From Clostridia bacterium (GTDB taxonomy: Bacteria; Bacteroidota; Bacteroidia; Bacteroidales; Bacteroidaceae): 64,000 nt of DNA. The notes beneath the pieces are model-generated. The model had not been told where the DNA came from. It saw nothing but the letters and a program-made list of their open reading frames with translations, and did no database searches. The position numbers and the translations under genes were made by a program. Numbering within the stretch: position 1 is the first letter of the stretch; each line of letters starts with the position of its first letter. This document shows positions 9,307 through 19,133 of this stretch, one piece after another. The stretch covers positions 3,818-67,817 of the forward strand of contig CAVACC010000001.1 in assembly GCA_963587495.1 (NCBI GenBank), read 5' to 3'.

Positions 9307-10215
9307 ATGAAAACATTGATTGTGGTCTTAGGTCCTACGGGTGTTGGTAAAACGGAGCTTTGCCTTTCGCTGGCAGAGCATTTAGGCACCCCTATCGTCA
9401 ATGCTGACTCCCGTCAGATATTCGCCGAGTTGCCTATAGGAACAGCAGCACCTACTGCCGAGCAGCAAAAACGCGTGAAGCATTATTTCGTAGGCAACCA
9501 CCACATCGAGGACTATTACAGTGCTGCCCAATACGAGGCTGACGTGATGAAACTCCTAAAAGAGGATATCTTCAAGAATCACGACGTAGCCCTGCTCACA
9601 GGAGGAAGTATGATGTACATCGATGCTGTATGCAATGGTATCGACGACATACCCACCGTACGTGATGACATCAGAGAATGGATGAAAGCACGTCTTGCCA
9701 ATGAGGGGCTCGACACTTTGGTGGAGGAACTGAAAAACCTCGACCCAGAACACTGGACCATAGTAGACAAGAAGAATCCACGCCGCGTGGTTCATGCTCT
9801 GGAGATATGTCACCAGACAGGAAAGACCTACACATCCTTCCGTACCAACGAGAAGAAGAGCCGTCCTTTCCGTATCGTCAAGATAGGACTGAACAGAGAC
9901 CGTACCGAACTGTACGAACGCATCAACCAACGAGTTCTCGTCATGATGCAGGAAGGTTTGGAGGCAGAGGCAAGGAGTGTATATGCCTATCGTGATCAGA
10001 CAGCCCTGCGTACAGTGGGCTACAAAGAGATGTTTGCCTATTTCGACGGCACCATCGACCTGCAGGAAGCTGTACGCCAGATACAGTCGCACAGCAGAGA
10101 ATACATGCGCAAACAGCTTACATGGTTCAAACGTGACGGGACAATACAATGGTTTCACCCCGATAATATTAAAGAAATCATAAAATATGTGGATAGCTGC
10201 TTGAAGATGGAATAA
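9307..10215 (+). CDS. miaA: tRNA dimethylallyltransferase
   Basis: [37 protein letters not shown]. Confidence 0.95.
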   Translation: MKTLIVVLGPTGVGKTELCLSLAEHLGTPIVNADSRQIFAELPIGTAAPTAEQQKRVKHYFVGNHHIEDYYSAAQYEADVMKLLKEDIFKNHDVALLTGGSMMYIDAVCNGIDDIPTVRDDIREWMKARLANEGLDTLVEELKNLDPEHWTIVDKKNPRRVVHALEICHQTGKTYTSFRTNEKKSRPFRIVKIGLNRDRTELYERINQRVLVMMQEGLEAEARSVYAYRDQTALRTVGYKEMFAYFDGTIDLQEAVRQIQSHSREYMRKQLTWFKRDGTIQWFHPDNIKEIIKYVDSCLKME

Positions 10216-10221
10216 TTTTAC

Positions 10222-10231
10222 TACTTTTGCA
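10222..10231 (+). promoter_or_regulatory. -7 promoter box upstream of the PBP gene
   Basis: TACTTTTGCA. Confidence 0.6.
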
Positions 10232-10266
10232 AAGAAGTTTAAAAGAGTATTCAACATACAACAACA

Positions 10267-12825
10267 ATGAACAAAATCAAGAACTTAGCAGCATGGCTGT
10301 GGCGCAAGCTTCGCGCTTTCTGGCCATGGTACAAGAATCTGTATCGAGGCAAGGCATGGTATACCAAGACTCTCATTGGCATCGCCAGCTGCATCGTGGC
10401 TTTCATACTGTATTTAGGTGCAGTGGATATTAACTTCCTCTGGCTGTTTGGTAAATCGCCTGGTTTCTTCTCTGGCATTACGAATCCACAGACCAGCGAG
10501 GCTTCTGAGATTTACAGCGCCGACGGCAAGCTGATAGGTAAGTATTTCAACGAGAACCGTACTCCTGTAAAATACGAAGAGGTAAACCCAGCCTTCTTCA
10601 AGGCTTTGGTCGACACCGAGGACGAGCGCTTCTACAAGCATTTGGGTATTGACCCCATCGGACTCTTTGGCGCCATGAAGGATGCCTTGCTGCATCACGA
10701 TGCACGAGGAGCTTCTACCATCACCCAGCAGTTGGCAAAGAATATGTTCCGCGTCCGCTCCCAGTACTCTACAGGTTTGCTGGGCAAGGTACCCGGTCTG
10801 CGCATTCTCATCATCAAGAGCAAGGAATGGATTATAGCAGCCAAGTTGGAGGCTGTCTACACCAAGAAGGAAATCATCACGATGTATGCCAACACCGTAG
10901 ATTTCGGTTCCAACTCGTATGGCATCAAGACGGCGGCAAAGACATACTTCAACGTAAGTCCTAAGGAACTGACTACCGATCAGGCCGCCGTACTCGTAGG
11001 TATGCTCAAGGCTACCACCTATTATAATCCACGCACCAACCCCGAACACAGTCTGGAACGACGCAACGTGGTGCTCAGCAATATGGTACGCCATGGTGAC
11101 CTGAGCCGCGAGGAATACAACACCCTCAGTCAGGAACCTATCAAGCTCGACTTCAAGGTGGAGGAAAACTACGACGGACAAGCCAAATACTTCCGCGAGG
11201 CTGTGGCAGACTACTTGGCAGACTGGTGCAAGGACGAGGGTTACGACCTGTATACCAGCGGACTGAAGATATACACCACGATAGATACCCGCATGCAGAA
11301 GTATGCTGAAGATGCCGCACGCAAACAGATGCGACAGGTACAGCAGAACTTCAACAACCACTGGGATATCTACCGCAAGCAGGATACCAACTGGCTTCGT
11401 CAGGAACCCTGGCAGGACGAGAAGCATCAGGTCATCCCCAACTTCATTCAGGGCATTGCCGAGCGCCAGCCTTTCTATAAAGCTTTGATCGCCCGCTTCC
11501 CCAACAATCCCGACTCTGTGAACTATTATTATAAGGAGTGGGTTCACCCTGTCAAGGTATTCGATTACGATAAGGGCACCATCACCAAGATGATGACATC
11601 CGAAGACTCCATCAAGTACATGACCACCTTCATGCACTGTGCCTTTGTGGCCATGGAACCACAGACGGGTGCCGTCAAGGCATGGGTGGGCGACATCGAC
11701 TTCGACCACTGGAAATACGACAAGGTGACAGCCGAACGCCAGCCAGGTTCTACCTTTAAGCTCTTCGTCTACACCGAGGCCATGAACCAGGGTCTTACGC
11801 CTTGCGACAAGCGTCGCGATGAATATATCTCGATGGATGTCTACGACAAGAAGAAACATGAGATGGTGAAATGGACCCCATCCAATGCCAACGGTTCTTT
11901 CTCGGGCGACTCCATCCCACTGAAGAGTGCGTTCGCCAAGAGTATCAACTCTGTAGCAGTACGCTTGGGTCAGGAGATGGGCATCAAGCGCATCATAGAG
12001 ACAGCACAGAAGATGGGTATTCAGAGTCCGCTCAACGATGAGCCTTCTTTGGCTCTTGGTTCGAGCGACGTCAATCTCTTGGAATTGGCGAACGCCTACT
12101 GTACAGTTGCCAACAACGGAAAACATCATGACCCTGTCCTGGTGACAAGAATTGTAGACCGCGACGGCAAGGAGGTATATACTGCCCCATCAACCGAGGA
12201 ACAGGTGATTCCTTACAAGTCTGCCTTCCTGATGCAGCAGTTGCTGCAGGGAGGTATGCGCGAACCGGGTGGAACCTCACAGAGTCTGTGGGGCTACATT
12301 GGCAACGTCCGCGATACCGAGTTTGGCGGAAAGACCGGTACTTCCAACAATCACTCTGACGCCTGGTTCATGGGGGTAAGCCCTAAGCTCGTAGTAGGCG
12401 CATGGGTAGGAGGAGAATACCGCTGCATCCACTTCAGGACGGGTGCTCTCGGACAAGGCTCCCGAACGGCATTGCCTATCTGTGGATACTTCTGGCAGTA
12501 CGTGATGAACGACCCTGCCTTCCAGAAATACCACGGCAAGTTTGACAAACCTCACGACGAGGACATCACCCGCGACATGTACATCTGTGCAAGTTATGTG
12601 CCCAAGGCTAAGGTTGACACCACTCAGGTAGACAGCACTGCCCTCAACGAGGAGATCATCCTCGACGAGAACGGCAACCCTGTCATCAAGGAGATACCTG
12701 CCGAAAAGAATGAGGCCACAACAGGAACTGCCACAGAGAAAAAGCCAGGCGAGGAACAGGGCGAGAAGAAAGAAAAGAAAAAGCCACGCCCCACAGAGCA
12801 AGCCATCAAGTTTGACGACTTGTAA
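10267..12825 (+). CDS. Class A penicillin-binding protein (transglycosylase/transpeptidase, PBP1A-like)
   Basis: N-terminal TM, EDERFYKHLG, GASTITQQLAKN, QPGSTFK (SxxK), SIN (SxN), GKTGT. Confidence 0.92.
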   Translation: MNKIKNLAAWLWRKLRAFWPWYKNLYRGKAWYTKTLIGIASCIVAFILYLGAVDINFLWLFGKSPGFFSGITNPQTSEASEIYSADGKLIGKYFNENRTPVKYEEVNPAFFKALVDTEDERFYKHLGIDPIGLFGAMKDALLHHDARGASTITQQLAKNMFRVRSQYSTGLLGKVPGLRILIIKSKEWIIAAKLEAVYTKKEIITMYANTVDFGSNSYGIKTAAKTYFNVSPKELTTDQAAVLVGMLKATTYYNPRTNPEHSLERRNVVLSNMVRHGDLSREEYNTLSQEPIKLDFKVEENYDGQAKYFREAVADYLADWCKDEGYDLYTSGLKIYTTIDTRMQKYAEDAARKQMRQVQQNFNNHWDIYRKQDTNWLRQEPWQDEKHQVIPNFIQGIAERQPFYKALIARFPNNPDSVNYYYKEWVHPVKVFDYDKGTITKMMTSEDSIKYMTTFMHCAFVAMEPQTGAVKAWVGDIDFDHWKYDKVTAERQPGSTFKLFVYTEAMNQGLTPCDKRRDEYISMDVYDKKKHEMVKWTPSNANGSFSGDSIPLKSAFAKSINSVAVRLGQEMGIKRIIETAQKMGIQSPLNDEPSLALGSSDVNLLELANAYCTVANNGKHHDPVLVTRIVDRDGKEVYTAPSTEEQVIPYKSAFLMQQLLQGGMREPGGTSQSLWGYIGNVRDTEFGGKTGTSNNHSDAWFMGVSPKLVVGAWVGGEYRCIHFRTGALGQGSRTALPICGYFWQYVMNDPAFQKYHGKFDKPHDEDITRDMYICASYVPKAKVDTTQVDSTALNEEIILDENGNPVIKEIPAEKNEATTGTATEKKPGEEQGEKKEKKKPRPTEQAIKFDDL

Positions 12826-12875
12826 ACCGCGCCAGGCTCTATAGTGACAGAAAAGAATAAACATAACCTAACAAG

Positions 12876-12911
12876 AATCGGCGATTTTCTGAAAGACGGG
12901 AATCGCCGATT
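12876..12911 (+). terminator. Hairpin after the PBP gene
   Basis: AATCGGCGATT / AATCGCCGATT perfect 11-bp stem. Confidence 0.55.
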
Positions 12912-12931
12912 GTTATTTCAAAGAAACAGGT

Positions 12932-14710
12932 ATGGCAGAAAAAGACCACTCAGCAAGCCAGGCTGCAGAAAATCATATCGACCTGAATAATCCAGAGTTG
13001 CAGAATGCACTCCAGATTATACAGTACACCCGGCGCTCACTCTTCCTCACAGGAAAGGCAGGCACCGGCAAGTCCACCTTTCTGCGCTACATTGCTGCCC
13101 ACACCAAAAAGAAGCACATCATTCTTGCACCCACCGGTATTGCTGCCATCAATGCCGGAGGAAGCACCCTGCACAGTTTCTTCAAGATTCCATTCCATCC
13201 GCTGCTGCCCAACGACAGTATGTTCAGTGTGCGCAATATCCGCAACACCCTGAAGTACAACTCCGAGAAGATTAAGATCATACGCGAGGTGGAACTCATC
13301 ATCATCGATGAGATCAGTATGGTGCGTGCCGACATCATCGACTTTATTGACAAGGTGCTGCGCATATACAGCCGCAACATGCGAGAGCCTTTCGGTGGCA
13401 AGCAACTGCTTCTCGTGGGTGATATCTATCAGCTGGAACCTGTCGTGAGAGAGGAAGACCGCCGGCTTCTCTCACCTTTCTACCGCAGCAGTTTCTTCTT
13501 CGATGCCAAAGTGTTCGAATACTTCCAGTTGGTGAGCATCGAGTTGAGAAAGGTTTACCGACAAAGCGACCCTGTGTTTATCAGCATACTCGACCACATT
13601 CGCACCAGTCAGGTGCCCATGAGCGACCTTCAGAAACTCAACCAGCGTGTGGGAGCCCGACTTGACGAAAGCGACAGCAAACTCGCCATCACCCTTTCCA
13701 CACGCCGCGACACAGTAGACTACATCAACGACAGTCAACTCAAGCTGTTGCCTGGCGAGCCTACCCTCTTCCGAGGCAATATCCAGGGCGAGTTCCCAGA
13801 AAGCAGCCTCCCCACCCCAATGGAACTATATCTGAAGACGGGCGCACAGATCATCTTCATCAAAAACGATATAGAGCACCAATGGGTCAACGGAACCCTG
13901 GGAACCATCATCGGTTTCGACGAGGACGATGATGCCAAGATATACGTGCGAACAGAAAATGGACAGGATGTGATGGTAGAGCCTGCCGCATGGAGCAACA
14001 TGAGATATCACTTCAACGAGGTGGAGAAAAAGATAGAAGAGGAAGAGATCGGCCGATACGAGCAATATCCCCTGCGGTTGGCGTGGGCGATTACTGTACA
14101 CAAGAGCCAGGGTCTTACCTTCAATCAGGTGAAGATAGATTTCACAGGGGGCGTCTTTGCTGGAGGACAGACCTATGTGGCACTGTCACGTTGTACCAGT
14201 CTGGAAGGCATCAGCCTGCAGGAACCCATCAGACAGAACGAGGTTTTTGTACGCAACGAGGTGAAGCAGTTTGCCCGTCACTACAACGACCAGTCTACCA
14301 TCAACACGGCTCTTACCCAGAGCAAAGCCGACAAACAATACCATGATGCCGCCGCAGCATTCGACCAGGGCGACATGCAGGGAGCACTCGACAACTTCTT
14401 CCTTGCCATACACAGCAGATACGACATCGAGAAGCCAAGTGCCAAACGACTGATACGAAGAAAATTGGGAAAGGTCAACTCCCTGATAGCTGAGAACGAG
14501 CAGCTGCGCGAAATCATCAGGCAGAAGGAGGAAGAGAAAAAGAAACAAGAGAAATTCCTGAAACGCCTGGCAGCAGAATACACCTTGCTGGGCAAGGAAT
14601 GCGAGAAAGAAGGTATGTCGGCTGCTGCCATCGCCAACTACAAGAAAGCACTCGAACTGTGCCCCGAACATCCCGAGGCTAAAAGAAGACTAAAAAAGTT
14701 GAACCCGTAA
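12932..14710 (+). CDS. Pif1/RecD-like SF1B helicase with C-terminal coiled coil and TPR-like repeats
   Basis: TGKAGTGKS, APTGIAA, IIDEISM, GDIYQLEPV, WAITVHKSQGLT, YVALSR; tail AIANYKKALELCPEHPEA. Confidence 0.88.
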   Translation: MAEKDHSASQAAENHIDLNNPELQNALQIIQYTRRSLFLTGKAGTGKSTFLRYIAAHTKKKHIILAPTGIAAINAGGSTLHSFFKIPFHPLLPNDSMFSVRNIRNTLKYNSEKIKIIREVELIIIDEISMVRADIIDFIDKVLRIYSRNMREPFGGKQLLLVGDIYQLEPVVREEDRRLLSPFYRSSFFFDAKVFEYFQLVSIELRKVYRQSDPVFISILDHIRTSQVPMSDLQKLNQRVGARLDESDSKLAITLSTRRDTVDYINDSQLKLLPGEPTLFRGNIQGEFPESSLPTPMELYLKTGAQIIFIKNDIEHQWVNGTLGTIIGFDEDDDAKIYVRTENGQDVMVEPAAWSNMRYHFNEVEKKIEEEEIGRYEQYPLRLAWAITVHKSQGLTFNQVKIDFTGGVFAGGQTYVALSRCTSLEGISLQEPIRQNEVFVRNEVKQFARHYNDQSTINTALTQSKADKQYHDAAAAFDQGDMQGALDNFFLAIHSRYDIEKPSAKRLIRRKLGKVNSLIAENEQLREIIRQKEEEKKKQEKFLKRLAAEYTLLGKECEKEGMSAAAIANYKKALELCPEHPEAKRRLKKLNP

Positions 14711-14728
14711 ATGGATTCAACTTTTTTT
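14692..14728. terminator. Bidirectional terminator between convergent genes
   Basis: AAAAAAGTTGAA...TTCAACTTTTTTT. Confidence 0.7.
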
Positions 14729-14765
14729 CAATTTATCTTGTCCGCATTCTGATTCAAGATCAGTT

Positions 14766-15656
14766 CTATTTTCCGATTAGTTTCTTATTGACCTTGAACC
14801 GGTCGAAGCCCAATCCATAGACACCGATAACAGCACTCTGGCTGACAAATGCAGAAGGATCGATCTCATCTATCAGACGGAATATCGTCTGCGACTCACG
14901 CTGACGGGCCAGCACAAAGAGCATGTGCACATCCTTGCCACTATAGCATCCATGACCATCCATCACCGTACATCCTCTGTCGGCAGCTGTATTGATGGCG
15001 GCACTCAGTTCCAAATACTTGTCCGAGATGATGAAGAACTGCACCGATCTGCGAAGTGTGTTCACCACATGGTCTACACAAAGTGAGCAGACAAAAAGGC
15101 ACACATAACCATAGATCACCATCTCCCAGTCTTTGAGCACCCAGTAGGAACTCGTGACAATACACAGGTCACAAATCATGATGGCATGTCCCAACGAGAT
15201 GTTGTAATACTTGTTCACCATGGCTGCCACCGTATCAGAGCCACCTGTAGATCCGTTGCTCGACAATCCCAATCCGGCACTGCATCCCATGAAGAAAGCT
15301 CCCACCACCGTTGCCATGAAAGGCTGGTCGTGCAAGAGTGTGATCTCGTTTCCGCCATGACTCTCTATCAAACGGGTGACTACGGCAAAGACTGCCACGG
15401 CATACACCGTCTTCAGGCAGAAGCGCCATCCCAATGCCCTATAGGCCAATATCAAAAGAAAAATATTGAGACCGAAATAGGAAAACGATACAGGAATACC
15501 GAAGCCCCAATACAGGATAGAGGCAATACCGCCTACACCGCCCATGGTGATATGGTTGGGAAGAAGGAACACGTTAAGACCGACACTTCCGATAACCATG
15601 GCAAAGGCTATCACTATGTAATCGCGAATCTCATGAATTTTTGTTTTTCTCGTCAT
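14766..15656 (-). CDS. YitT family membrane protein; start placed at 15656
   Basis: Multiple TM segments, GGVGGIA, GSTGGSD, C-terminal IDPSAFV. Confidence 0.85.
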   Translation of the reverse strand: MTRKTKIHEIRDYIVIAFAMVIGSVGLNVFLLPNHITMGGVGGIASILYWGFGIPVSFSYFGLNIFLLILAYRALGWRFCLKTVYAVAVFAVVTRLIESHGGNEITLLHDQPFMATVVGAFFMGCSAGLGLSSNGSTGGSDTVAAMVNKYYNISLGHAIMICDLCIVTSSYWVLKDWEMVIYGYVCLFVCSLCVDHVVNTLRRSVQFFIISDKYLELSAAINTAADRGCTVMDGHGCYSGKDVHMLFVLARQRESQTIFRLIDEIDPSAFVSQSAVIGVYGLGFDRFKVNKKLIGK

Positions 15657-15696
15657 GATGCTGTTTTGATTATTTTTTTGAATTTCTATAACTTCC

Positions 15697-16932
15697 CTAT
15701 TTGCGTAAGTTGAACTTAGTATATTTCTTGCCAAGTCCTTTGGCGAGTCCACCCTCACTGGTCTCCTTGTAGAGCGAAGGAAGATCATGACCCGTCTGGC
15801 GCATCACCTCCACCACTTTATCAAACGACACACTGTGATGACCATCGGAGAAAGAGGCATACAAGTCGGCATCCAAGGCACGGGCTGCAGCAAAGGCATT
15901 ACGCTCGATACAAGGTATCTGAACCAGTCCGCATACTGGGTCGCAGGTCATACCCAAGTGATGCTCCAGACCCATCTCGGCAGCATACTCCACCTGGGCA
16001 GGACTTCCACCAAACAACTGGCAAGCTGCAGCCGAAGCCATCGCACAGGCCACACCTACCTCACCCTGACAACCCACATCGGCACCACTTATCGACGCAT
16101 TGTGCTTGACGATGTTGCCTACAAGTCCGGCAGTTGCCAAGGCTCTCAGAATGCGCTGTTCGCTCATGCCGTGAGCTTCCTGCATGTGATAGAGCACCGC
16201 TGGCAACACACCACAGGCACCACAAGTAGGAGCCGTAACGATGGTTCCTCCCGATGCATTCTCCTCGCTCACCGCCAGGGCATAGGCATAAACCAAACCT
16301 CTCGACTGCAGCGAGGCGCGATAACCCTTGGCCTTGGTGTAATAAGTGGCTGCCTTACGAGGCAGATTGAGCGGACCAGGCAATACTCCCTCATGGTCGA
16401 GACCGCGAAGAATGGCTTCCTTCATGGTCTGCCATATCGTCTTGAGATAGTCCCAGATTTCCTTGTCCTCACATTTCTCCACATATTCCCAGAAAGAGCG
16501 GCCGTTATCGTAGCACCAACTCTGTATATCGCTCATCTTGTTGAGGTCGTACACTTCGGAAGCTCCCAACTCGTCATGACCGTCCGTGCCATCCGAAAGG
16601 GCTCCACCGCCAATGCTGTAAACCGTCCACTCGTCTATTATATCACCATTCACGTCCCTGCCCACAAACTTCATTCCGTTGGGGTGAAAGGGCAAGAACA
16701 CCTGTGGTTTCCAGATAATGCTGACGGTGTGATGTGGATGTAGCACCTCCTCTATGGCGACATCCGTCATGTGTCCCTTGCCTGTGGCTGCCAGACTGCC
16801 ATACAGAGTCACCTCATACGAAGATGCGTTGCTACAGCGTTCCAAAAAGAGTTGGGCAGCACGCTGGGGTCCCATCGTATGACTGCTCGACGGCCCCTTG
16901 CCTATTCTATAAAGCTCGCGTAATGATTTCAT
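15697..16932 (-). CDS. sdaA: L-serine ammonia-lyase, Fe-S dependent
   Basis: IGKGPSSSHTMGP, LYGSLAATGKGH, VTAPTCGACG, GCQGEVG, TCDPVCGLVQIPCIERN. Confidence 0.93.
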   Translation of the reverse strand: MKSLRELYRIGKGPSSSHTMGPQRAAQLFLERCSNASSYEVTLYGSLAATGKGHMTDVAIEEVLHPHHTVSIIWKPQVFLPFHPNGMKFVGRDVNGDIIDEWTVYSIGGGALSDGTDGHDELGASEVYDLNKMSDIQSWCYDNGRSFWEYVEKCEDKEIWDYLKTIWQTMKEAILRGLDHEGVLPGPLNLPRKAATYYTKAKGYRASLQSRGLVYAYALAVSEENASGGTIVTAPTCGACGVLPAVLYHMQEAHGMSEQRILRALATAGLVGNIVKHNASISGADVGCQGEVGVACAMASAAACQLFGGSPAQVEYAAEMGLEHHLGMTCDPVCGLVQIPCIERNAFAAARALDADLYASFSDGHHSVSFDKVVEVMRQTGHDLPSLYKETSEGGLAKGLGKKYTKFNLRK

Positions 16933-16992
16933 ATTCTATACTAACTTTCTGCTTGTTTAAAACAACTATTTTCTATTCTCGTTCTATCAAGT

Positions 16993-17002
16993 TGCAAAAT
17001 TA
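16993..17002 (-). promoter_or_regulatory. -7 promoter box upstream of sdaA
   Basis: TAATTTTGCA on the minus strand. Confidence 0.6.
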
Positions 17003-17145
17003 CAAATTTTAATAGAAATATCGGCAAGTTTAATCAGAAAAATCAGCAAAGGCAAATAGAAATAACTTCTGCTCTCTTCTAATTTTCAAATCAATCCACG
17101 ACAAGCATACTGTTCAAGTTTCATGTTTGATATATATTATGTTTT

Positions 17146-17397
17146 TTATCCCAGCTCTTCTATTTCCTTCTTCACCTCCTCGAAGTCATTCGCCACTTCG
17201 ATATAGTCGTGCCATCGCCATGAATCACGCCTTTCTCTGCCATGTCATCCAACAGGGTGATGTGGAGTTCCAGAAGCCTTTCATGTTGTAGGAATCACCA
17301 TCTTGTGATGGTAGCTGATGGTGTGGGCGACGGCGATGGTGAATATTTCGTCCAGGGTGCCGATGCCGCCAGGAAGGGCTACGAAGATGTCGCTCAG
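17146..17397 (-). pseudogene. 5'-truncated, frameshifted LOG family (TIGR00730-like) gene remnant
   Basis: Minus strand reads LSDIFVALPGGIGTLDEIFTIAVAHTISYHHKMVI / YNMKGFWNS / ITLLDDMAEKGVIHG / WHDYIEVANDFEEVKKEIEELG* across three apparent 1-bp deletions; PGGxGTxxE motif at 17347-17373. Confidence 0.8.
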
Positions 17398-17443
17398 GGT
17401 AAGGCAATGGCAGAGAAGCTGCTGGCGGAATAAAACCAGAACC

Positions 17444-17535
17444 TATTCATTATGAATGAAAGATTTTAGACGAAAGTATTCGTTCTGAGTGAAAGGTTTT
17501 TAATAAAAGTATTCATTCAGAATGAAAGATTTTTT
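17444..17535. repeat. About 2.8 tandem copies of a 33-bp unit with a palindromic core
   Basis: TATTCATTATGAATGAAAGATTTTAGACGAAAG / TATTCGTTCTGAGTGAAAGGTTTTTAATAAAAG / TATTCATTCAGAATGAAAGATTTTTT. Confidence 0.8.
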
Positions 17536-17568
17536 AGGTTTTCTCTTGCTGCTTTCAGATATTTTTCT

Positions 17569-17576
17569 TATTTTTG
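17569..17576 (+). promoter_or_regulatory. -7 promoter box upstream of the AAA ATPase
   Basis: TATTTTTG followed by C. Confidence 0.5.
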
Positions 17577-17584
17577 CCCACGAA

Positions 17585-17624
17585 TCATAAAATAGTGGAG
17601 CAATTCATAAAATAGTGGAGCAAT
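17585..17624 (+). repeat. Perfect 20-bp tandem duplication overlapping the start codon
   Basis: TCATAAAATAGTGGAGCAAT x2. Confidence 0.9.
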
Positions 17625-18873
17625 GAAAGAACTGTTAAAACAAATTATATTTGAGCAGCAGGACAACTGCAGGCATCTTATGCAGGATGCCATCCCTCGA
17701 CACATAGAAGAGGAATGGCTTACCACCACGGAAATCCTTATTATAACAGGTGTAAGACGATGTGGAAAGTCGGTGTTGCTGCAGCAACTGCGTGATAAGT
17801 TGGAGGAGAAAGATTTCTTCTTCAATTTTGACGATGAGCGTCTTGTAAACTTTAAGCTTGAAGATTTTGCAACCTTGCAGGAATGCTTCTTTGAGCTTTT
17901 CGGCGAGCAGCACACCTATTACTTTGATGAGATTCAAAACATCACGGGTTGGGAAACCTTTGTGAGTCGCCTTTACAATGAAGGCAATAAGGTGGTGGTG
18001 ACAGGATCCAATGCCCGGATGCTGAGCAAGGAGATGGGCACTCATCTCACAGGGCGTTATATCTCTGTAGAGGTTTATCCTTTCTCTTTTGCCGAATATC
18101 TGCAGCTGGAGCATATTGAGCCTTCGCAGAAAGATTTCTATCTGATGGCGAGCCGTTCCAAACTGTTGGGGCATTTCCGTGATTTCTTGGAGAGGGGTGG
18201 TTTCCCGAAATATCTTCAGACGGGTTCCGTCAGTTATCTATCCTCACTTTATGAGAGCATTATCTTCCGGGATGTGATGGTTCGCAATGGTCTTACGAAC
18301 GACAAGGAAATAAAAGAGCTTGCGTTTTATCTTGCCAGTAATGCCACCAAGCGTGTTACCTATAATTCGCTGGGAAAGATAGTGGGCATCCGTCATCCCG
18401 AAACCATCAAGAACTATCTGGAATATATTCAGCAAACCTACATGATATTCCAGTTGCTGAAGTATGCTCCATCGGTAAAGACCCAGATGTTGAGTCCGAA
18501 GAAGGTGTATTTTATAGATAATGCCATCATCAGCAGGATGGGTTTTAATGTCACGGATAACAATAGTGTAAAACTGGAGAATGCCGTTTTCATCGAATTG
18601 CTGCGAAGGGGTTACGACTTGTTCTATCATGCCGACAAGAAAGAGTGCGACTTTGTGGTGAGAGAAGGTGTAAGGATTACCCAGGCTTACCAGGTTACGG
18701 TGAAGATGGATGATGAGAAGACTCGCAAGCGTGAAATCGAGGGTCTGCAAGAGGCGATGGAAATCTATGATTTGTCAGAGGGTTACATCATTACGCAGAA
18801 TGAGAAAGAGGAGCTTACCGTGGATGGCAAGACGGTGCATATAATTCCTGCTTGGGAATGGATGCTGAAGTAA
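17623..18873 (+). CDS. AAA+ ATPase, AAA_14/DUF4143 type
   Basis: Walker A GVRRCGKS, Walker B YFDEIQ, VVTGSN, GGFP, KKVYFIDN, ENAVFIEL, ECDFVV. Confidence 0.87.
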   Translation: MKELLKQIIFEQQDNCRHLMQDAIPRHIEEEWLTTTEILIITGVRRCGKSVLLQQLRDKLEEKDFFFNFDDERLVNFKLEDFATLQECFFELFGEQHTYYFDEIQNITGWETFVSRLYNEGNKVVVTGSNARMLSKEMGTHLTGRYISVEVYPFSFAEYLQLEHIEPSQKDFYLMASRSKLLGHFRDFLERGGFPKYLQTGSVSYLSSLYESIIFRDVMVRNGLTNDKEIKELAFYLASNATKRVTYNSLGKIVGIRHPETIKNYLEYIQQTYMIFQLLKYAPSVKTQMLSPKKVYFIDNAIISRMGFNVTDNNSVKLENAVFIELLRRGYDLFYHADKKECDFVVREGVRITQAYQVTVKMDDEKTRKREIEGLQEAMEIYDLSEGYIITQNEKEELTVDGKTVHIIPAWEWMLK

Positions 18874-18916
18874 TTTTCTTTTAGCGGGAAGGTGATAAGA
18901 ATAAAAGTTTAAGGGC

Positions 18917-18959
18917 GGAAGAACTACTGTTAATCCAAGTTGTTGTTCTTCCACTTTTT
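18917..18959 (+). terminator. Probable terminator after the ATPase gene
   Basis: GGAAGAAC...GTTCTTCC followed by ACTTTTT. Confidence 0.55.
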
Positions 18960-19068
18960 GCTTTTGTTTCTGAGTACTTCGCTTACAGGCTTCCATTCCT
19001 TCCTACATATTTAAAATGTGCATTTTTGCCGAAGAATCATATTAATGGGAGTTTTCAACTATTGCCGT

Positions 19069-19109
19069 AAATGTTCTATTTAGCCTATAAAAGTTCTATT
19101 CAAAGCCTT
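19069..19109 (-). repeat. Inverted partial copy (right end) of the 21-bp-array element
   Basis: Reverse complement matches 42757-42797 at 35/41 positions by manual alignment. Confidence 0.75.
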
Positions 19110-19133
19110 GTATTTGTTCTGTTTTGCGGACTA

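Noticed and set aside
10414..12129. Long antisense ORFs (also 23404-24666, 35721-37016, 46136-47230, 15787-16743)
   Set aside because: Shadow frames opposite well-supported genes, expected from codon bias; no recognisable motifs
17225..17433. Short ORFs 17225-17407 (-) and 17242-17433 (+) as genes
   Set aside because: Better explained as alternate frames of the frameshifted LOG remnant
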